DNA of 64,000 nt. Origin: Pirellulales bacterium. GTDB lineage: Bacteria > Planctomycetota > Planctomycetia > Pirellulales > Lacipirellulaceae. The stretch lies in assembly GCA_041752635.1 (NCBI GenBank), contig JBGSWC010000324.1, positions 408 to 64,407 on the forward strand. The letters are read 5' to 3'. The notes below the pieces were generated by a model, which had not been told where the DNA came from, ran no database searches, and saw only the letters and a list, made by a program, of their open reading frames with translations. This document shows positions 18,699 through 29,141 of the stretch, piece after piece. Positions within the stretch are counted from its first letter, which is position 1. The number at the start of each line of letters is the position of its first letter. Both the position numbers and the translations under genes were made by a program.

Positions 18699-19619
18699 CT
18701 AATCCACAAAAATGCCTGTCCCGTACCAGATACCATTGCCGCCGCGGCGGATATCGTAGCCATAGGCTCGGTGAGGCCGGCTTACGCCACGCCAATGGCC
18801 AGACGAGTGCCGCCAACTGGCGACACAGTCGATGCAGGAATCGATGAGTGATTGCCCCGGCCAACTCTCCGCACAGACTTCCGAAACGCTACCGCCGGCG
18901 ATCGCGCCAAGCCGCTGCGAACGCGACGAAAAATTTTGGTGGCCCTGCTGTTTAACTTTTGCCTGATAAGAAGAATGTGCCGCGGCGCCCGTCGCTAACT
19001 CGCCGTGGAAGTGACCGGTCGTACTCTGAGGCGCTTCGGGATGCATCCGCACAGCCCAGATCATCGTCCGCTGCGACAGCGATCCGGGCGGCAGGTCGAG
19101 TGTCTCCGCAAGGCCCTCGATGTTCCAGCGATAGTATTTGCCGCTGGCATAAGGCAATACGCTCACAACATCGCGGTAGTGTGATGCATCGGGATTCGCA
19201 AGATCGACAAGCGCGAAACCAGCACCCCCTTTGAGTTCACGAAAGCCTTCGCAGTCAACCAGCCTGCGCTCGCGCCCGGCGACTTCCAACTCGGAGTCCA
19301 AAGAGACGCGGCACAGGACGACTTCGTCGAGTTGCGATTGCAGTTGTTCGCGATCGGCAATCGCCTGTTCGACGGACTGTTGAGTTTCGTTGTGATCGCT
19401 AGGCAGAAAGTTAATCAACAACATCCGCTGCTGCTGTTTGGCTTGATGGTAAGCGGTGCTGTAGTCGGTGTGCCAGGAAACGCCGCCGACGGTTATCTGC
19501 TGCGATATCGCTGCGGGCATCGACACCAAAAGGCTGACAGCCAAGACGATCCATCGGCTGCTGGCTGGAAAGTTGCTGCGCTGCGCGCGGCGAGATGGAA
19601 GTTGACAAAGGCTGTGCAT
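18699..19619 (-). CDS. secreted protein: thioredoxin-like N-terminal region plus CAP/SCP (YkwD-like) C-terminal domain
   Basis: Signal-like WIVLAVSLLVSMPAAISQ. WHTDYSTAYHQAKQQQRMLLINF resembles thioredoxin-fold DUF255-type starts. C-terminal ..CVASWRHSSGHWRGV..GYDI..GIWYGTGIF resembles CAP domains. ATG 19619; the ORF opens at TTG 19679. Confidence 0.6.
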   Translation of the reverse strand: MHSLCQLPSRRAQRSNFPASSRWIVLAVSLLVSMPAAISQQITVGGVSWHTDYSTAYHQAKQQQRMLLINFLPSDHNETQQSVEQAIADREQLQSQLDEVVLCRVSLDSELEVAGRERRLVDCEGFRELKGGAGFALVDLANPDASHYRDVVSVLPYASGKYYRWNIEGLAETLDLPPGSLSQRTMIWAVRMHPEAPQSTTGHFHGELATGAAAHSSYQAKVKQQGHQNFSSRSQRLGAIAGGSVSEVCAESWPGQSLIDSCIDCVASWRHSSGHWRGVSRPHRAYGYDIRRGGNGIWYGTGIFVD

Positions 19620-19783
19620 CGCGAAGGGTACTCCAAACTCGAGAACAGTGACTGATTGACGCCAACTAGGTTGGCCCAATGACCCCCGACAATCAAGAGT
19701 CGGTGGGACCGTAGCTGCTGCCTTAGGTGCCGAAACACGACAGCCCAGCGCAAGACCAAGCGAGCATCACGAGACTGGGTTGG

Positions 19784-20911
19784 CTACCCCCGTCGTAATC
19801 GCAGCGCAGCGAAGCCGACCATTAACAGGGCACCGAGACAGACAGTGCTTGGCTCGGGCACGACCGATGGGTCGCGTGCTGCGAAGAGCCAGAGGCCGTC
19901 GTCACCGGAGAGGAGCATGTGGATTTGACCTTCCGACGAGGAAATGTCGGTAATGTAATCGAAGTCGATTGTGGAAAGTTCGGGGAAGAGGTCGCCGAGT
20001 GGAACGGAACGGTCACGTCCTGCTGGGTTGATGCCGGGGTAGTAGGCCAAAAAGTCGCGGACCAATGTATCCGGGTCGCTTGCCTCGACAACCACAAAGT
20101 CGGTTTCGGAAACGTGAACGCTACCGCCAAATGACATTCTGCCGATGGACTCATCTATGTTCATTTCGGTGGAACCGCCATAAACCACTGTGAACCAGTT
20201 TTCCGAATACCCGTAATTCAGCGATTGGTCATCCGACCTTTGTTTGACACCGCCTGGTTCTCCGAAGCTCCCTAAGATAGTTATTTCGCCAACTTGCGTG
20301 CGAAGTGCTGGCGCGCCTCCCGCAGTACCGGGAATTGTTGCGTCGCCGATCGCAACACCACTCGCAGTCATATCCGCCCCACTGAAGAAAAACTCACTAG
20401 CACCGGTGTTCACTATAGATCCGTCGTTCAACAGGATACGGCCACTGCTAATTCCACCTAACGTCGAATTGATCGCCCGAACACGACCGCCAAAGTTCCA
20501 AACAACTAGCGGATTTTGAAGATCACTTAGATCGAGCGCGACACCACCGCTAGAGCTGAATTGTTCACGGTCGAATGTTGCAGCAAAGACAAGCCGCCCC
20601 GTGTCGCTTTTTAGCACACGCGTTGTTTGGATCAAAGGGCCAAACCCACTTGGAGCAGGCACCAACACCGGTTGGACGCCAGCGGCATCGATAGGAAATA
20701 CTCCTGCGCTAGTACTCGCGTAGGCCACCCCATCAATCACGGCAAATCTCGCACTACGATCCTCGTCGATGCGGATTTGTGTCAAGCCAAGCGGTGGCAG
20801 GGCGATGCTTGTCCTACACCAAAGCAGTCCGACAACGATAGCAACTGTTGTGGCAATGAATCGAAGCGACATCAAGGTCATTCCTGTGGCAGACAATATT
20901 TCAGCCTTCAT
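19784..20911 (-). CDS. PEP-CTERM sorting-domain secreted protein
   Basis: C-terminal VVPEPSTVCLGALLMVGFAALRLRRG. N-terminal hydrophobic segment LRFIATTVAIVVGLLWC. The ORF is open to 21109 but that would overlap the upstream gene. In-frame ATGs at 20911, 20881 and 20872. Confidence 0.75.
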   Translation of the reverse strand: MKAEILSATGMTLMSLRFIATTVAIVVGLLWCRTSIALPPLGLTQIRIDEDRSARFAVIDGVAYASTSAGVFPIDAAGVQPVLVPAPSGFGPLIQTTRVLKSDTGRLVFAATFDREQFSSSGGVALDLSDLQNPLVVWNFGGRVRAINSTLGGISSGRILLNDGSIVNTGASEFFFSGADMTASGVAIGDATIPGTAGGAPALRTQVGEITILGSFGEPGGVKQRSDDQSLNYGYSENWFTVVYGGSTEMNIDESIGRMSFGGSVHVSETDFVVVEASDPDTLVRDFLAYYPGINPAGRDRSVPLGDLFPELSTIDFDYITDISSSEGQIHMLLSGDDGLWLFAARDPSVVPEPSTVCLGALLMVGFAALRLRRG

Positions 20912-20999
20912 CTTAATTCCACACCGGCCATTTAGCCAAGCGAATAGACCTAGCCCCTGGGGAACACCCGATTGAGACCAGCAAAATATCGCCGCGAAA

Positions 21000-22214
21000 T
21001 CAGACCCATACAAAACAAAAGCGACCATCGACGAACTCCGCTTCGACTGCGTCTTGCACTTCACATTGCGAGTTGCCGCGCAACAGTTCGGCCACGTCGG
21101 GCGAAACAAGCAGTGTTTCGAGGTGCAACGTGTTGGGAATAATCACCCAGCCATGCTCTCCATTGGTGCCCGCGAGGTGATGAAATAACTCTTCGTCGTT
21201 TGTTACCACGGTATGAATATCGGCGCGACGCATGTCACCGGTGGCGCGGGTGTTGATGAGCGTCTTTTCCATGTTGATGGCGTCGTGCAGTCGTTGCGTG
21301 ATGTAATCGGCGAGCCCCACGCCAATGGCGTTGCCTTGCGATTTTTCGGAAAGCTCGAGCGCGACAATCGTGCCAACGTGTGGCTTCGGCAGGTCTCCTT
21401 CGTCGTTGAGCCCGCGGCGGCCAATGACGTTGGTATCCATCCCGGTGCCGCTAAAGTTTTTGCCCATGGTGTTCACGATGAGGACGTTGATGTCGTCGAC
21501 TGGAAGTCGCGCGAATAATTCTTCGTGTCGCTCGAGGAGCTGCGGTTCGCGCGCGGGAATATCGGCGGCAGCGACCGCGTGCAGTTCGCTCGTCTGGTCA
21601 AAGCCATCTTCGAGAATGGCGAGCCCCGCCCAAATCTTGCCGGTCGCCAGAACTTGCCGTCCCATTTCGATGAGATTCGCGCAGCGATCGGGAGCGAGGG
21701 CCTTGTGGAACGTTTCGGCTCCACCCAGTTTGCCCAGCCCAACGACCATCATCTTCGTCAGACCACTCGCGAGCGTGCCAGCGAAACAGGTGTGGAGCTT
21801 CACGCGGTTCACGATCAAGACTCCCGCCGATTCATAGGCATGCCGGTCCATATGAACGTCCCCCGTCGCGACATGTCCAACGACGACCGTTTCCATGCTC
21901 GAGCGAATCGGCATTCCGATGGCGGCTTCGTCGAAGCCTAGCGACTCGACCATCGCTCGTTGGCCTTCGGCCGTCGCGCCGTTGTGAGAGCCCATCGCAG
22001 GTACGGCAAACGGAGTCGCCCCCTGGTCGCGGAGCCAGTCGCCCGCTGTGTGCAGAATGGTCGCCAGGTTCGCGATACCACGACTCCCCACTGTGATAGC
22101 CACTTCGCCCTGAGGTACGTCGAGATTGAGCCCGTCGAGCTGTTGGCGAACCGTGCCCGCAACGTCGCTCAGCGGGTTGGAAACGAGCTGCTGGCGAACT
22201 TTGACGAACTTCAT
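21000..22214 (-). CDS. LarA-N / DUF2088-like domain protein (lactate-racemase-related family)
   Basis: The pattern [29 protein letters not shown] resembles the LarA N-terminal domain. The family assignment is from memory of that pattern only. Confidence 0.55.
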   Translation of the reverse strand: MKFVKVRQQLVSNPLSDVAGTVRQQLDGLNLDVPQGEVAITVGSRGIANLATILHTAGDWLRDQGATPFAVPAMGSHNGATAEGQRAMVESLGFDEAAIGMPIRSSMETVVVGHVATGDVHMDRHAYESAGVLIVNRVKLHTCFAGTLASGLTKMMVVGLGKLGGAETFHKALAPDRCANLIEMGRQVLATGKIWAGLAILEDGFDQTSELHAVAAADIPAREPQLLERHEELFARLPVDDINVLIVNTMGKNFSGTGMDTNVIGRRGLNDEGDLPKPHVGTIVALELSEKSQGNAIGVGLADYITQRLHDAINMEKTLINTRATGDMRRADIHTVVTNDEELFHHLAGTNGEHGWVIIPNTLHLETLLVSPDVAELLRGNSQCEVQDAVEAEFVDGRFCFVWV

Positions 22215-22328
22215 GGCGTCTTCCCACTGCGTGACGTGCCCGAGTGTAACGGGCTGGGGCTGTGCGGTTATTCCGCATATAATAGCAGGTTTACCGATTT
22301 TCCCCTACTCTCGCCACTGCGACGATTC

Positions 22329-25300
22329 ATGCTGCAAACGATCATCGAAAACAAAAACGAAGACAAAACCGAACTACTCCAGTCGCTGATGGACGAGCGA
22401 ATCCTGCTGCTCGACGGAGCCACCGGCACCCAGCTTCAACAGTACAAGCTGTCCGAAGCCGATGTACGGGGCGAACGGTTCGCCAATCATCACAAAGACC
22501 TGAAGAACTTCGGCGACATTCTTTGCCTGACCCATCCCGAGATTATCTTGGCGATTCATCGCCGCTATCTCGAAGCGGGGGCCGACATTATCGAGACCAA
22601 TACCTTCGGCGCCAGCCCGGTGGGGATGCTCGATTTTGATTTCGCTGGCGCGGGAATCAACGCCGACGAATTGTGCCGCGAAATCAACATCGCCGCTGTG
22701 CGGCTAGCGAAGCAAGCATGTGAAGACTTTACTGCGAAGGATGCTTCTCGGCCCCGATTCTGTGCTGGCTCGATCGGCCCGACGAGCAAGCAGATGGCTA
22801 TCTCGACCGATGTCGAAGACCCTAGCCGTCGCGATGTGAGTTTCAACGAAATGGTTGGGTCGTACTACACTCAAGTCGCCGCGCTGGTCGATGCGGGAGT
22901 CGATATTCTGTTGCCCGAGACAGTCATCGACACGCTTAATCTCAAGGCGTGTTTGTTTGCCATCGAGAAATACTTTGCCGAATCGGGCCATCGCGTGCCG
23001 GTGATGGTCTCGGGAACATTCGACAAAGGGGGGGCGACTTTCGTTTCGGGGCAATCTGTCGAAGCGTTTTGGCATTCGATTTCCCATTTCCCGATGCTGA
23101 GCGTGGGGATGAATTGTGCACTTGGACCCGACGTGATGCGGCCCCACATCGAGGCATTACAAAAGGTCGCCGACGTCCGCATCAGTTGCCACCCGAACGC
23201 TGGTCTACCGAACGAGATGGGAGAGTTCGACCTGGGGCCGGCCGCGATGGCCAAGCTCGTGGGTGACTACGCCGACCAGGGCTGGGTGAACATCGTCGGC
23301 GGCTGTTGCGGCACCGGGCCTGAGCACATTGCCGCCATGTCCGAAGTACTTCGCAAGTGCAAGCCTCACAAGCGAAGCGTGGCAGTCGCCAATCTCATGC
23401 TCAGTGGTACGCAGCCGTTGGAACTGCGTCCCGAGAGCAATTTTATGATGATTGGCGAGCGTACCAATGTGACCGGTAGCAAAAAGTTTGCCCGACTCAT
23501 CAAGAACGAACTGTACGAAGAAGCGATCGAGGTCGCCCGCGACCAAGTCGTTGGCGGTGCAAACGTCATCGACATCAACATGGACGAAGGACTGCTCGAC
23601 AGCGAGGCGGTGATGGTCAAATTCCTGCGGCTCATCGCCGGCGAGGGAGACATCGCCAGCGTGCCGGTGATGATCGACAGCAGCAAATGGTCGGTCATTG
23701 AAGCGGGACTTCAAGCAGTGCAAGGTAAGGCGATCGTCAATTCAATCAGCCTGAAGGATGGCGAAGAAGAATTCTTGCGTCGAGCGAAATTGTGCCGCAG
23801 CTACGGCGCCGCCGTCGTCGTGATGGCTTTCGATGAAGAGGGCCAGGCGGCTACCGAAGACGAGAAGGTGAGAATTTGCCAGCGGGCCTACAAACTGCTC
23901 GTGAGCGAAGTGCTGTTTCCTCCGCAAGACATTATTTTTGACCCTAATATCTTGACGGTCGCCACAGGCATCGAAGAACACAACAACTACGCCGTCGATT
24001 TCATCAATGCAGCCAAGCGAATTCGTGAGACGTGCCCCGGAGTCCACATCAGTGGCGGCGTGTCGAACATTTCGTTTTCGTTCCGCGGTAACGATCCGGT
24101 TCGCGAAGCGATGCACAGCGTTTTCCTTTACCACGCCATTCGCGCGGGAATGGATATGGGCATCGTCAACCCAAGCCAGCTTGTTATTTACGACGAGATC
24201 GAGCCGCAACTCAAGGAACTGGTCGAAGATGTGCTGCTCAATCGCCGCGACGACGCAACGGAGAGGCTCGTCGACTTCGCCGACAGCGTGAAAGGGCAGG
24301 GGGGCAAGGCGGCCGTTGTCGACGACGCATGGCGTAATGAATCGGTCGAGGCACGACTCAAGCACGCGATTATTAAGGGTGTCGTTAAACACATCGACGA
24401 AGACGCCGAAGAAGCCCGCCAGAAATATGCGAAATGCCTCGAGATCATCGAAGGCCCGCTCATGGACGGCATGAGCGTCGTCGGCGATTTGTTTGGCGCC
24501 GGCAAGATGTTTCTGCCCCAAGTGGTGAAGAGCGCTCGGGTGATGAAGAAAGCGGTTGCCTACTTGACTCCTTACATGGAAGCCGAGAAGCTCGCCGCCG
24601 GCGACGCGGCAACAAGTCGCGGCAAAGTGCTGATGGCGACCGTCAAGGGGGACGTTCACGACATCGGCAAAAATATCGTCGGCGTCGTGCTGGGGTGCAA
24701 CAACTTCGAAGTGATTGACATTGGTGTCTTGTGCTCGTCGGAGAAGATTCTTGAAGAAGCCACCAAACATGGGGTCGACATCATTGGATTGTCGGGCCTC
24801 ATCACGCCCAGTCTCGACGAAATGGTGCATGTCGCCAAAGAGATGCAGCGACTTGGCTTAACGACGCCATTGCTGATCGGGGGCGCAACCACGAGCGCCA
24901 AGCACACCGCCGTGCGAATCGCGCCGCACTACAAAGGGGGCGTGACGCATGTGCTCGATGCGTCGCGAAGCGTCGGCGTTGTCGAAAAACTGATGAACCC
25001 CGAAGCCCGTAAGAAATTCAACGCTGCAACACTAGTGGAACAAGAGAAGCTGCGTGCCGCTTTTACACAACGGCAAGACACCAACCTTATTCCCTACGCC
25101 GATGCAGTAGCCAAGCGGTTCACGTGCGACTGGGCGACGGTCGACATTCCGCAGCCATCGTTCACCGGTGTGCAGAACGTCGATTTGGGAAGCAACACCA
25201 AGTTACTCAAGACGCTCCGCGAATACATCGACTGGTCGCCGTTCTTTATGACCTACGAGCTGAAAGGGAAGTATCCGCGAATTTTCGAAGACGCGAACGT

Positions 25301-26075
25301 TGGTCCAGTCGCCCGCGAGTTGTTCGACGAGGCTCAGGTGATGCTCGATCGAATTATCGACGAAGAGTTGCTCACCGCGAAGGGCGTTTACGGATTTTGG
25401 CCCGCCGCAAGCGAAGGCGACGACATTGTTGTGTATGCCGATGATTCGCGGTCGAGCGAACTGGGCCGCTGCCACACGCTTCGACAACAGTGGAAGCGCA
25501 AAGGCCAAGACACGATGTACGCACTGGCAGACTTCGTCGCACCCGTCGGTAGTGATCGCAAAGACTATATTGGTGGTTTCGCAGTCACAGCAGGTTTGGG
25601 CTGCGACGAACTGGCGGGCGAATTCGAGCGCGATCACGATATGGTTAACTCGATTCTGGTGAAGGCGCTGGCCGATCGCCTAGCCGAGGCATTTGCGGAA
25701 TATTTGCATTGCCAGGCACGTCACGAATGGGGATTTGGGCGCGACGAGAAATTGTCGCAGGCTGAGTTGATTGCTGAGCAATACCGCGGCATTCGCCCCG
25801 CGGCGGGCTACCCGGCCCAGCCCGACCACACCGAAAAGGCAACGCTGTGGCGATTACTCGACGTCGAGAAAAATACGGGCATCAAATTGACCGAAAGTTA
25901 CGCCATGCACCCGGCCGCCAGTGTTTCGGGGCTCTACTTCGCTCACCCTGAAAGCCGTTACTTCGCTGTCGACCGGTTACTGAAAGACCAAGTCGAAGTC
26001 TACGCGAGGCGTAAAGGGATGAAAGTCGCCGAATTGGAGCGGTGGTTGTCGAGTAATTTGGGGTACGAGCCTTGA
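22329..26075 (+). CDS. metH: cobalamin-dependent methionine synthase
   Basis: Hcy-binding start [11 protein letters not shown], pterin-binding module, B12-binding DxHxxG ([12 protein letters not shown]), and a C-terminal AdoMet-activation domain. 1248 aa from ATG 22329. The ORF is open upstream to 21960, across the divergent gene. Confidence 0.95.
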   Translation: MLQTIIENKNEDKTELLQSLMDERILLLDGATGTQLQQYKLSEADVRGERFANHHKDLKNFGDILCLTHPEIILAIHRRYLEAGADIIETNTFGASPVGMLDFDFAGAGINADELCREINIAAVRLAKQACEDFTAKDASRPRFCAGSIGPTSKQMAISTDVEDPSRRDVSFNEMVGSYYTQVAALVDAGVDILLPETVIDTLNLKACLFAIEKYFAESGHRVPVMVSGTFDKGGATFVSGQSVEAFWHSISHFPMLSVGMNCALGPDVMRPHIEALQKVADVRISCHPNAGLPNEMGEFDLGPAAMAKLVGDYADQGWVNIVGGCCGTGPEHIAAMSEVLRKCKPHKRSVAVANLMLSGTQPLELRPESNFMMIGERTNVTGSKKFARLIKNELYEEAIEVARDQVVGGANVIDINMDEGLLDSEAVMVKFLRLIAGEGDIASVPVMIDSSKWSVIEAGLQAVQGKAIVNSISLKDGEEEFLRRAKLCRSYGAAVVVMAFDEEGQAATEDEKVRICQRAYKLLVSEVLFPPQDIIFDPNILTVATGIEEHNNYAVDFINAAKRIRETCPGVHISGGVSNISFSFRGNDPVREAMHSVFLYHAIRAGMDMGIVNPSQLVIYDEIEPQLKELVEDVLLNRRDDATERLVDFADSVKGQGGKAAVVDDAWRNESVEARLKHAIIKGVVKHIDEDAEEARQKYAKCLEIIEGPLMDGMSVVGDLFGAGKMFLPQVVKSARVMKKAVAYLTPYMEAEKLAAGDAATSRGKVLMATVKGDVHDIGKNIVGVVLGCNNFEVIDIGVLCSSEKILEEATKHGVDIIGLSGLITPSLDEMVHVAKEMQRLGLTTPLLIGGATTSAKHTAVRIAPHYKGGVTHVLDASRSVGVVEKLMNPEARKKFNAATLVEQEKLRAAFTQRQDTNLIPYADAVAKRFTCDWATVDIPQPSFTGVQNVDLGSNTKLLKTLREYIDWSPFFMTYELKGKYPRIFEDANVGPVARELFDEAQVMLDRIIDEELLTAKGVYGFWPAASEGDDIVVYADDSRSSELGRCHTLRQQWKRKGQDTMYALADFVAPVGSDRKDYIGGFAVTAGLGCDELAGEFERDHDMVNSILVKALADRLAEAFAEYLHCQARHEWGFGRDEKLSQAELIAEQYRGIRPAAGYPAQPDHTEKATLWRLLDVEKNTGIKLTESYAMHPAASVSGLYFAHPESRYFAVDRLLKDQVEVYARRKGMKVAELERWLSSNLGYEP

Positions 26076-26090
26076 ACATCGCCCCCACGT

Positions 26091-27338
26091 TCAGGCAGGC
26101 ATCATCGCCATTTGCCGCTCGAGCCAAGGTTCGAGGTCATCAAAAATCTCCGCGACTTGCGGATCGAAGATGCGGCCGATTAGTAGGTCGGTCAGTCGCC
26201 CGCTGTGGTGGGGATGCTCACCAATAAATTTGCCGACGCGAAACTCGCCCGAGTAGAAGGCGTGAACCAGTTTGCGGACGCGCGCCGTCGCCTCTTTGAA
26301 ACTTTCTGACCACGCACCGATCGTGGCGGCCGAGGTGTCCCCCGTCTGGAGACCTCGAACGACCGCATCGGCGGCGAGCTGGGCGCTCTTGAGCGCGAAG
26401 TAAACGCCCGACGAATAGACCGGATCGATGAAACCCCACGCGTCGCCGACCAGTACCCAGCCATCTCCGGCGGCCTGTTTGGTGAGGTACGAGAATTCTT
26501 TGGCGACACGAAGATCGTCGCAGGCCGTTGCACCGGCGACACGTTGTTCGACTCCTTCGCACTTGGCGAGTTCATCGGCAAAGACTTGCTCGGGCGTGCC
26601 ACGCCCCTTAAGCAGATAAGAGTGGTCGCCAACGACTCCCACGCTAACGAGGTCGTTTGCCTGAGGGATGTACCAAAACCACGCTTGCTTATCGTTGGTG
26701 TGAAGGATGATGGTCTTTACGCCACCGCCACTCACTTCGCGGTTGGCCCCCCGATAATGCCGCCAAATGGCCGCTTTCTTGAGATCGGGATTGATTTGCT
26801 TAAGACCTCGCTTGTTGGCAATTAGCGACTGCTGGCCAGTCGCATCGATCACCACCTTTGCATTCACGGTTCGACGACCATCACCCGATTCGATGACAAC
26901 CCCCGTCGCGCGATCATTGTCGAAGATAACGTCAACAACTCGGCACGCATCGCGACATTCCGCGCCATGATCGGCGGCATTGTCGAACAACATCTTGTCA
27001 AATTCGGCACGGTCGACATGCCAGGTATCGCTGCAATCGCGGGGGTCGTGATCGCGGAAGAAAAATGGGGCCGATTCGCGCCCGCTGTTACTAACGAACT
27101 GCACGCCCACTTTCTTTGAGAACTCGCTAGCGTTGAGTTTATCGAGCAATCCCAAACGCTCGAACACCCAATAGCTCTCGGGCATCAGCGATTCGCCCAC
27201 GTGTGGTCGAGGCATTTTTTCGCGTTCAAGCAGCAGAGTCGAGAATCCCGCATCGGCGACTATCGTCGCTGCCGCCGATCCAGCGGGGCCACCGCCGATA
27301 ACAATGCAATCGAACGAATCGTTGTTTTGAGTAACCAT
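26091..27338 (-). CDS. FAD-dependent halogenase-like oxidoreductase (WxWxIP class)
   Basis: VIGGGPAGS dinucleotide fold, HVGESLMP, KKVGVQF, WFWYIP (WxWxIP) and GDAWGFIDPVYSSGV. Confidence 0.7.
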   Translation of the reverse strand: MVTQNNDSFDCIVIGGGPAGSAAATIVADAGFSTLLLEREKMPRPHVGESLMPESYWVFERLGLLDKLNASEFSKKVGVQFVSNSGRESAPFFFRDHDPRDCSDTWHVDRAEFDKMLFDNAADHGAECRDACRVVDVIFDNDRATGVVIESGDGRRTVNAKVVIDATGQQSLIANKRGLKQINPDLKKAAIWRHYRGANREVSGGGVKTIILHTNDKQAWFWYIPQANDLVSVGVVGDHSYLLKGRGTPEQVFADELAKCEGVEQRVAGATACDDLRVAKEFSYLTKQAAGDGWVLVGDAWGFIDPVYSSGVYFALKSAQLAADAVVRGLQTGDTSAATIGAWSESFKEATARVRKLVHAFYSGEFRVGKFIGEHPHHSGRLTDLLIGRIFDPQVAEIFDDLEPWLERQMAMMPA

Positions 27339-27359
27339 ATGTTTCAGCCTGGGGACATT

Positions 27360-27926
27360 TTAGGCGCGAACAATTTCTAACAGGTCGACGCGAGGCTGGC
27401 CTGCGACGCGAATCACCGCAGTACGGCCATAAATCACCTCGCCGCTCTGCAAACCGAGATTTGTGCGAAGGACTTCACTAGGCTCAATCCGCCACAGTGC
27501 GAGCAACTCAACTTCTCTCAGCAAATTATTCTCAATGAGAATTCGGCCAAGCGGTGCCTCATGGGACTCGATCGCCTGGCGCACGGATGGCCGCAATCCG
27601 GCAAGATCGATTCTCATGATTCCAAATTGTACGATTCGGCCGTCGGAATGACGAGCGAGGAGACTATTGCGCGTATAGAAATCGGCACACGAGCACTCCG
27701 CAAGCACACACACGTTTACTGGTTCGCCGTGAAACTCTTCGAGCGACACGGTCATGTGATCGTGGTGCGAGAGGAGTCGCCGGTAGTCGGGCGGCAATTC
27801 GCGCGAATCAACAGCTTGAAATTTACCCAATTCGTCGATGTTGGCAAAAAACTTGCCAACCAATTCTTGCATCGGCGTGCGATACGTAGCCGATTGAGCG
27901 GCCGATAACGTGGCGGGACTCGGCAT
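27360..27926 (-). CDS. chorismate pyruvate-lyase-like (UbiC/DUF98 fold) protein
   Basis: Landmarks align by eye with E. coli UbiC: LLSHHDHMTVSLE, DGRIVQFGIMRI, APLGRILIEN, IYGRTAVIRVAGQPRVDLLEIV. ATG 27926. A GTG at 28037 would overlap the upstream gene. Confidence 0.6.
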   Translation of the reverse strand: MPSPATLSAAQSATYRTPMQELVGKFFANIDELGKFQAVDSRELPPDYRRLLSHHDHMTVSLEEFHGEPVNVCVLAECSCADFYTRNSLLARHSDGRIVQFGIMRIDLAGLRPSVRQAIESHEAPLGRILIENNLLREVELLALWRIEPSEVLRTNLGLQSGEVIYGRTAVIRVAGQPRVDLLEIVRA

Positions 27927-27988
27927 GGGGGCCTGCCGGGCGATGGTGGACGGGACCCTGTTAGAATAGCAACTTGGGCGGCCGGCGG

Positions 27989-28870
27989 CTACTTCGTGGT
28001 CCGCCGCAATGGCGGACCGTGATGAAATTCTGGCCACATCGCATTTTTGGCAACGGCTTCAAACAGGAACTCAACGCCCTTTCTGACAACGTTGTGGCCA
28101 GCCTGACGCGCGCCAGCGAGGAATAACACCACGTAGGCGGTGTGCGGCACAATGCCGCCAAAACTACCGTCGCCCGCCTGCAACTGCGAAAGCTCTGCGA
28201 GTGCAGTTGGAACGACGCGGTTGCGCGCCCGCCGTCGCCAGGGATTGCGGGTTGGCACACAGCGATGCATCGCCAAGCTAGCCGACAACAGTAAGGCACG
28301 GTCGCTGGCTTCAACTCGGCCCAAGTTTCCCCCTGCCTTTCGAGGATATTCGAGCGGTGACAATGGCACGCGATGCCACGGAATCTTATCGGCAAGTGCC
28401 AAATGGGCGAGTTGCGCGATTTCGATCGCCGAGGGAGTGTCGGTTGGGGTGGCGAGCTTTGCCAATCCGCCACGTTTTTCAATGAAATGCTTTGTGCGTG
28501 CGCCGACGTCACCGTTGCAGTTTGGAACTCCCGAAAGCTGGAACGCGGCAACGACGCTGAGCGTGTCGGCAACTGTCGAAGCGGCCCCCGCATGCGGCCC
28601 CCACCCTCCGTCGGCGTTTTGGCAGCGGGCGAGATTTTTGAGGCTATCGACCAACAGTTCGCTCAAGTCACCCTGATAGGCTTTGGTCAGCGAAAGCTCT
28701 TGGTCGCAGTTTGCGAGTTCAACGGCGTGCTGTTCAGCCATGACGAGAGCTGAAACAGCGACAGCAGTTACGCAAGGGGCCACCGCAGAAGCTTCGCGAC
28801 TGGGCAGCCGGAATATCGTATCAGATTGATGGTGTCTCGATTCGGTAACACCGGACGCAAGGGGCGTCAT
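27989..28870 (-). CDS. prenyltransferase/squalene-cyclase-repeat (alpha/alpha toroid) protein
   Basis: Two QW-like repeats, CQNADGGWGPH and LQAGDGSFGG. Hydrophobic N-terminal segment AVAPCVTAVAVSALVMA. ATG 28870. Confidence 0.6.
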   Translation of the reverse strand: MTPLASGVTESRHHQSDTIFRLPSREASAVAPCVTAVAVSALVMAEQHAVELANCDQELSLTKAYQGDLSELLVDSLKNLARCQNADGGWGPHAGAASTVADTLSVVAAFQLSGVPNCNGDVGARTKHFIEKRGGLAKLATPTDTPSAIEIAQLAHLALADKIPWHRVPLSPLEYPRKAGGNLGRVEASDRALLLSASLAMHRCVPTRNPWRRRARNRVVPTALAELSQLQAGDGSFGGIVPHTAYVVLFLAGARQAGHNVVRKGVEFLFEAVAKNAMWPEFHHGPPLRRTTK

Positions 28871-29141
28871 ACAAACTCTCTTGTCAAACTAGGGCGAACG
28901 ACTGCCTCGACAACGTACCAAGTTGGACCTAATCGATGGGATAGGACCTGCTGTCAGTCTTTCGTTTCTCTCACAATGCTTTGTGAAGCCAGGCTTCGCA
29001 AGTGCCAGCCTCACCAGTAGGAGGCGAAATCGTAACGAACTCGTCCCGATATTGTCGAGTGGCCCCGCATGTCCCTCGGTGAGGGGGCCCACCGAGGGGG
29101 TTGACATCCGGGTTTTCCGCAAGTGCGCGTTGGCGACGGAT

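Noticed and set aside
20912-21109. Upstream extension of the second PEP-CTERM ORF
   Set aside because: It overlaps the 3' end of the upstream gene by 110 nt. The signal-anchor sequence begins after the internal ATGs.
21960-22328. 123-codon upstream extension of the metH ORF
   Set aside because: It runs antisense through the DUF2088-like gene. MetH homology begins at MLQTII (ATG 22329).
22215-22328. Riboswitch (B12/SAM) upstream of metH
   Set aside because: The divergent spacer is only 114 nt and lacks a B12-box or SAM-I-like conserved segments. It is too short for such an aptamer plus a promoter.
23742-24830. 362-aa ORF on the minus strand inside metH
   Set aside because: It is an antisense shadow of an unambiguous metH frame.
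26091-27338. Annotation as a geranylgeranyl reductase or UbiH-type hydroxylase
   Set aside because: This was considered because of the FAD fold and size. The WFWYIP, GESLMP and DPVYSSGV motifs fit flavin halogenases better. It remains the main alternative until a phylogeny is done.
27961-28593. 210-aa alternative-frame ORF on the minus strand
   Set aside because: It overlaps the toroid-repeat gene out of frame and has no motifs. The 27989-28870 frame carries the QW-like repeats.
29073-29098. GC-rich 9-bp hairpin (CCCTCGGTG/CACCGAGGG) as a terminator after the second response regulator
   Set aside because: There is no U-tract on either strand, so it cannot be supported as an intrinsic terminator from sequence alone.
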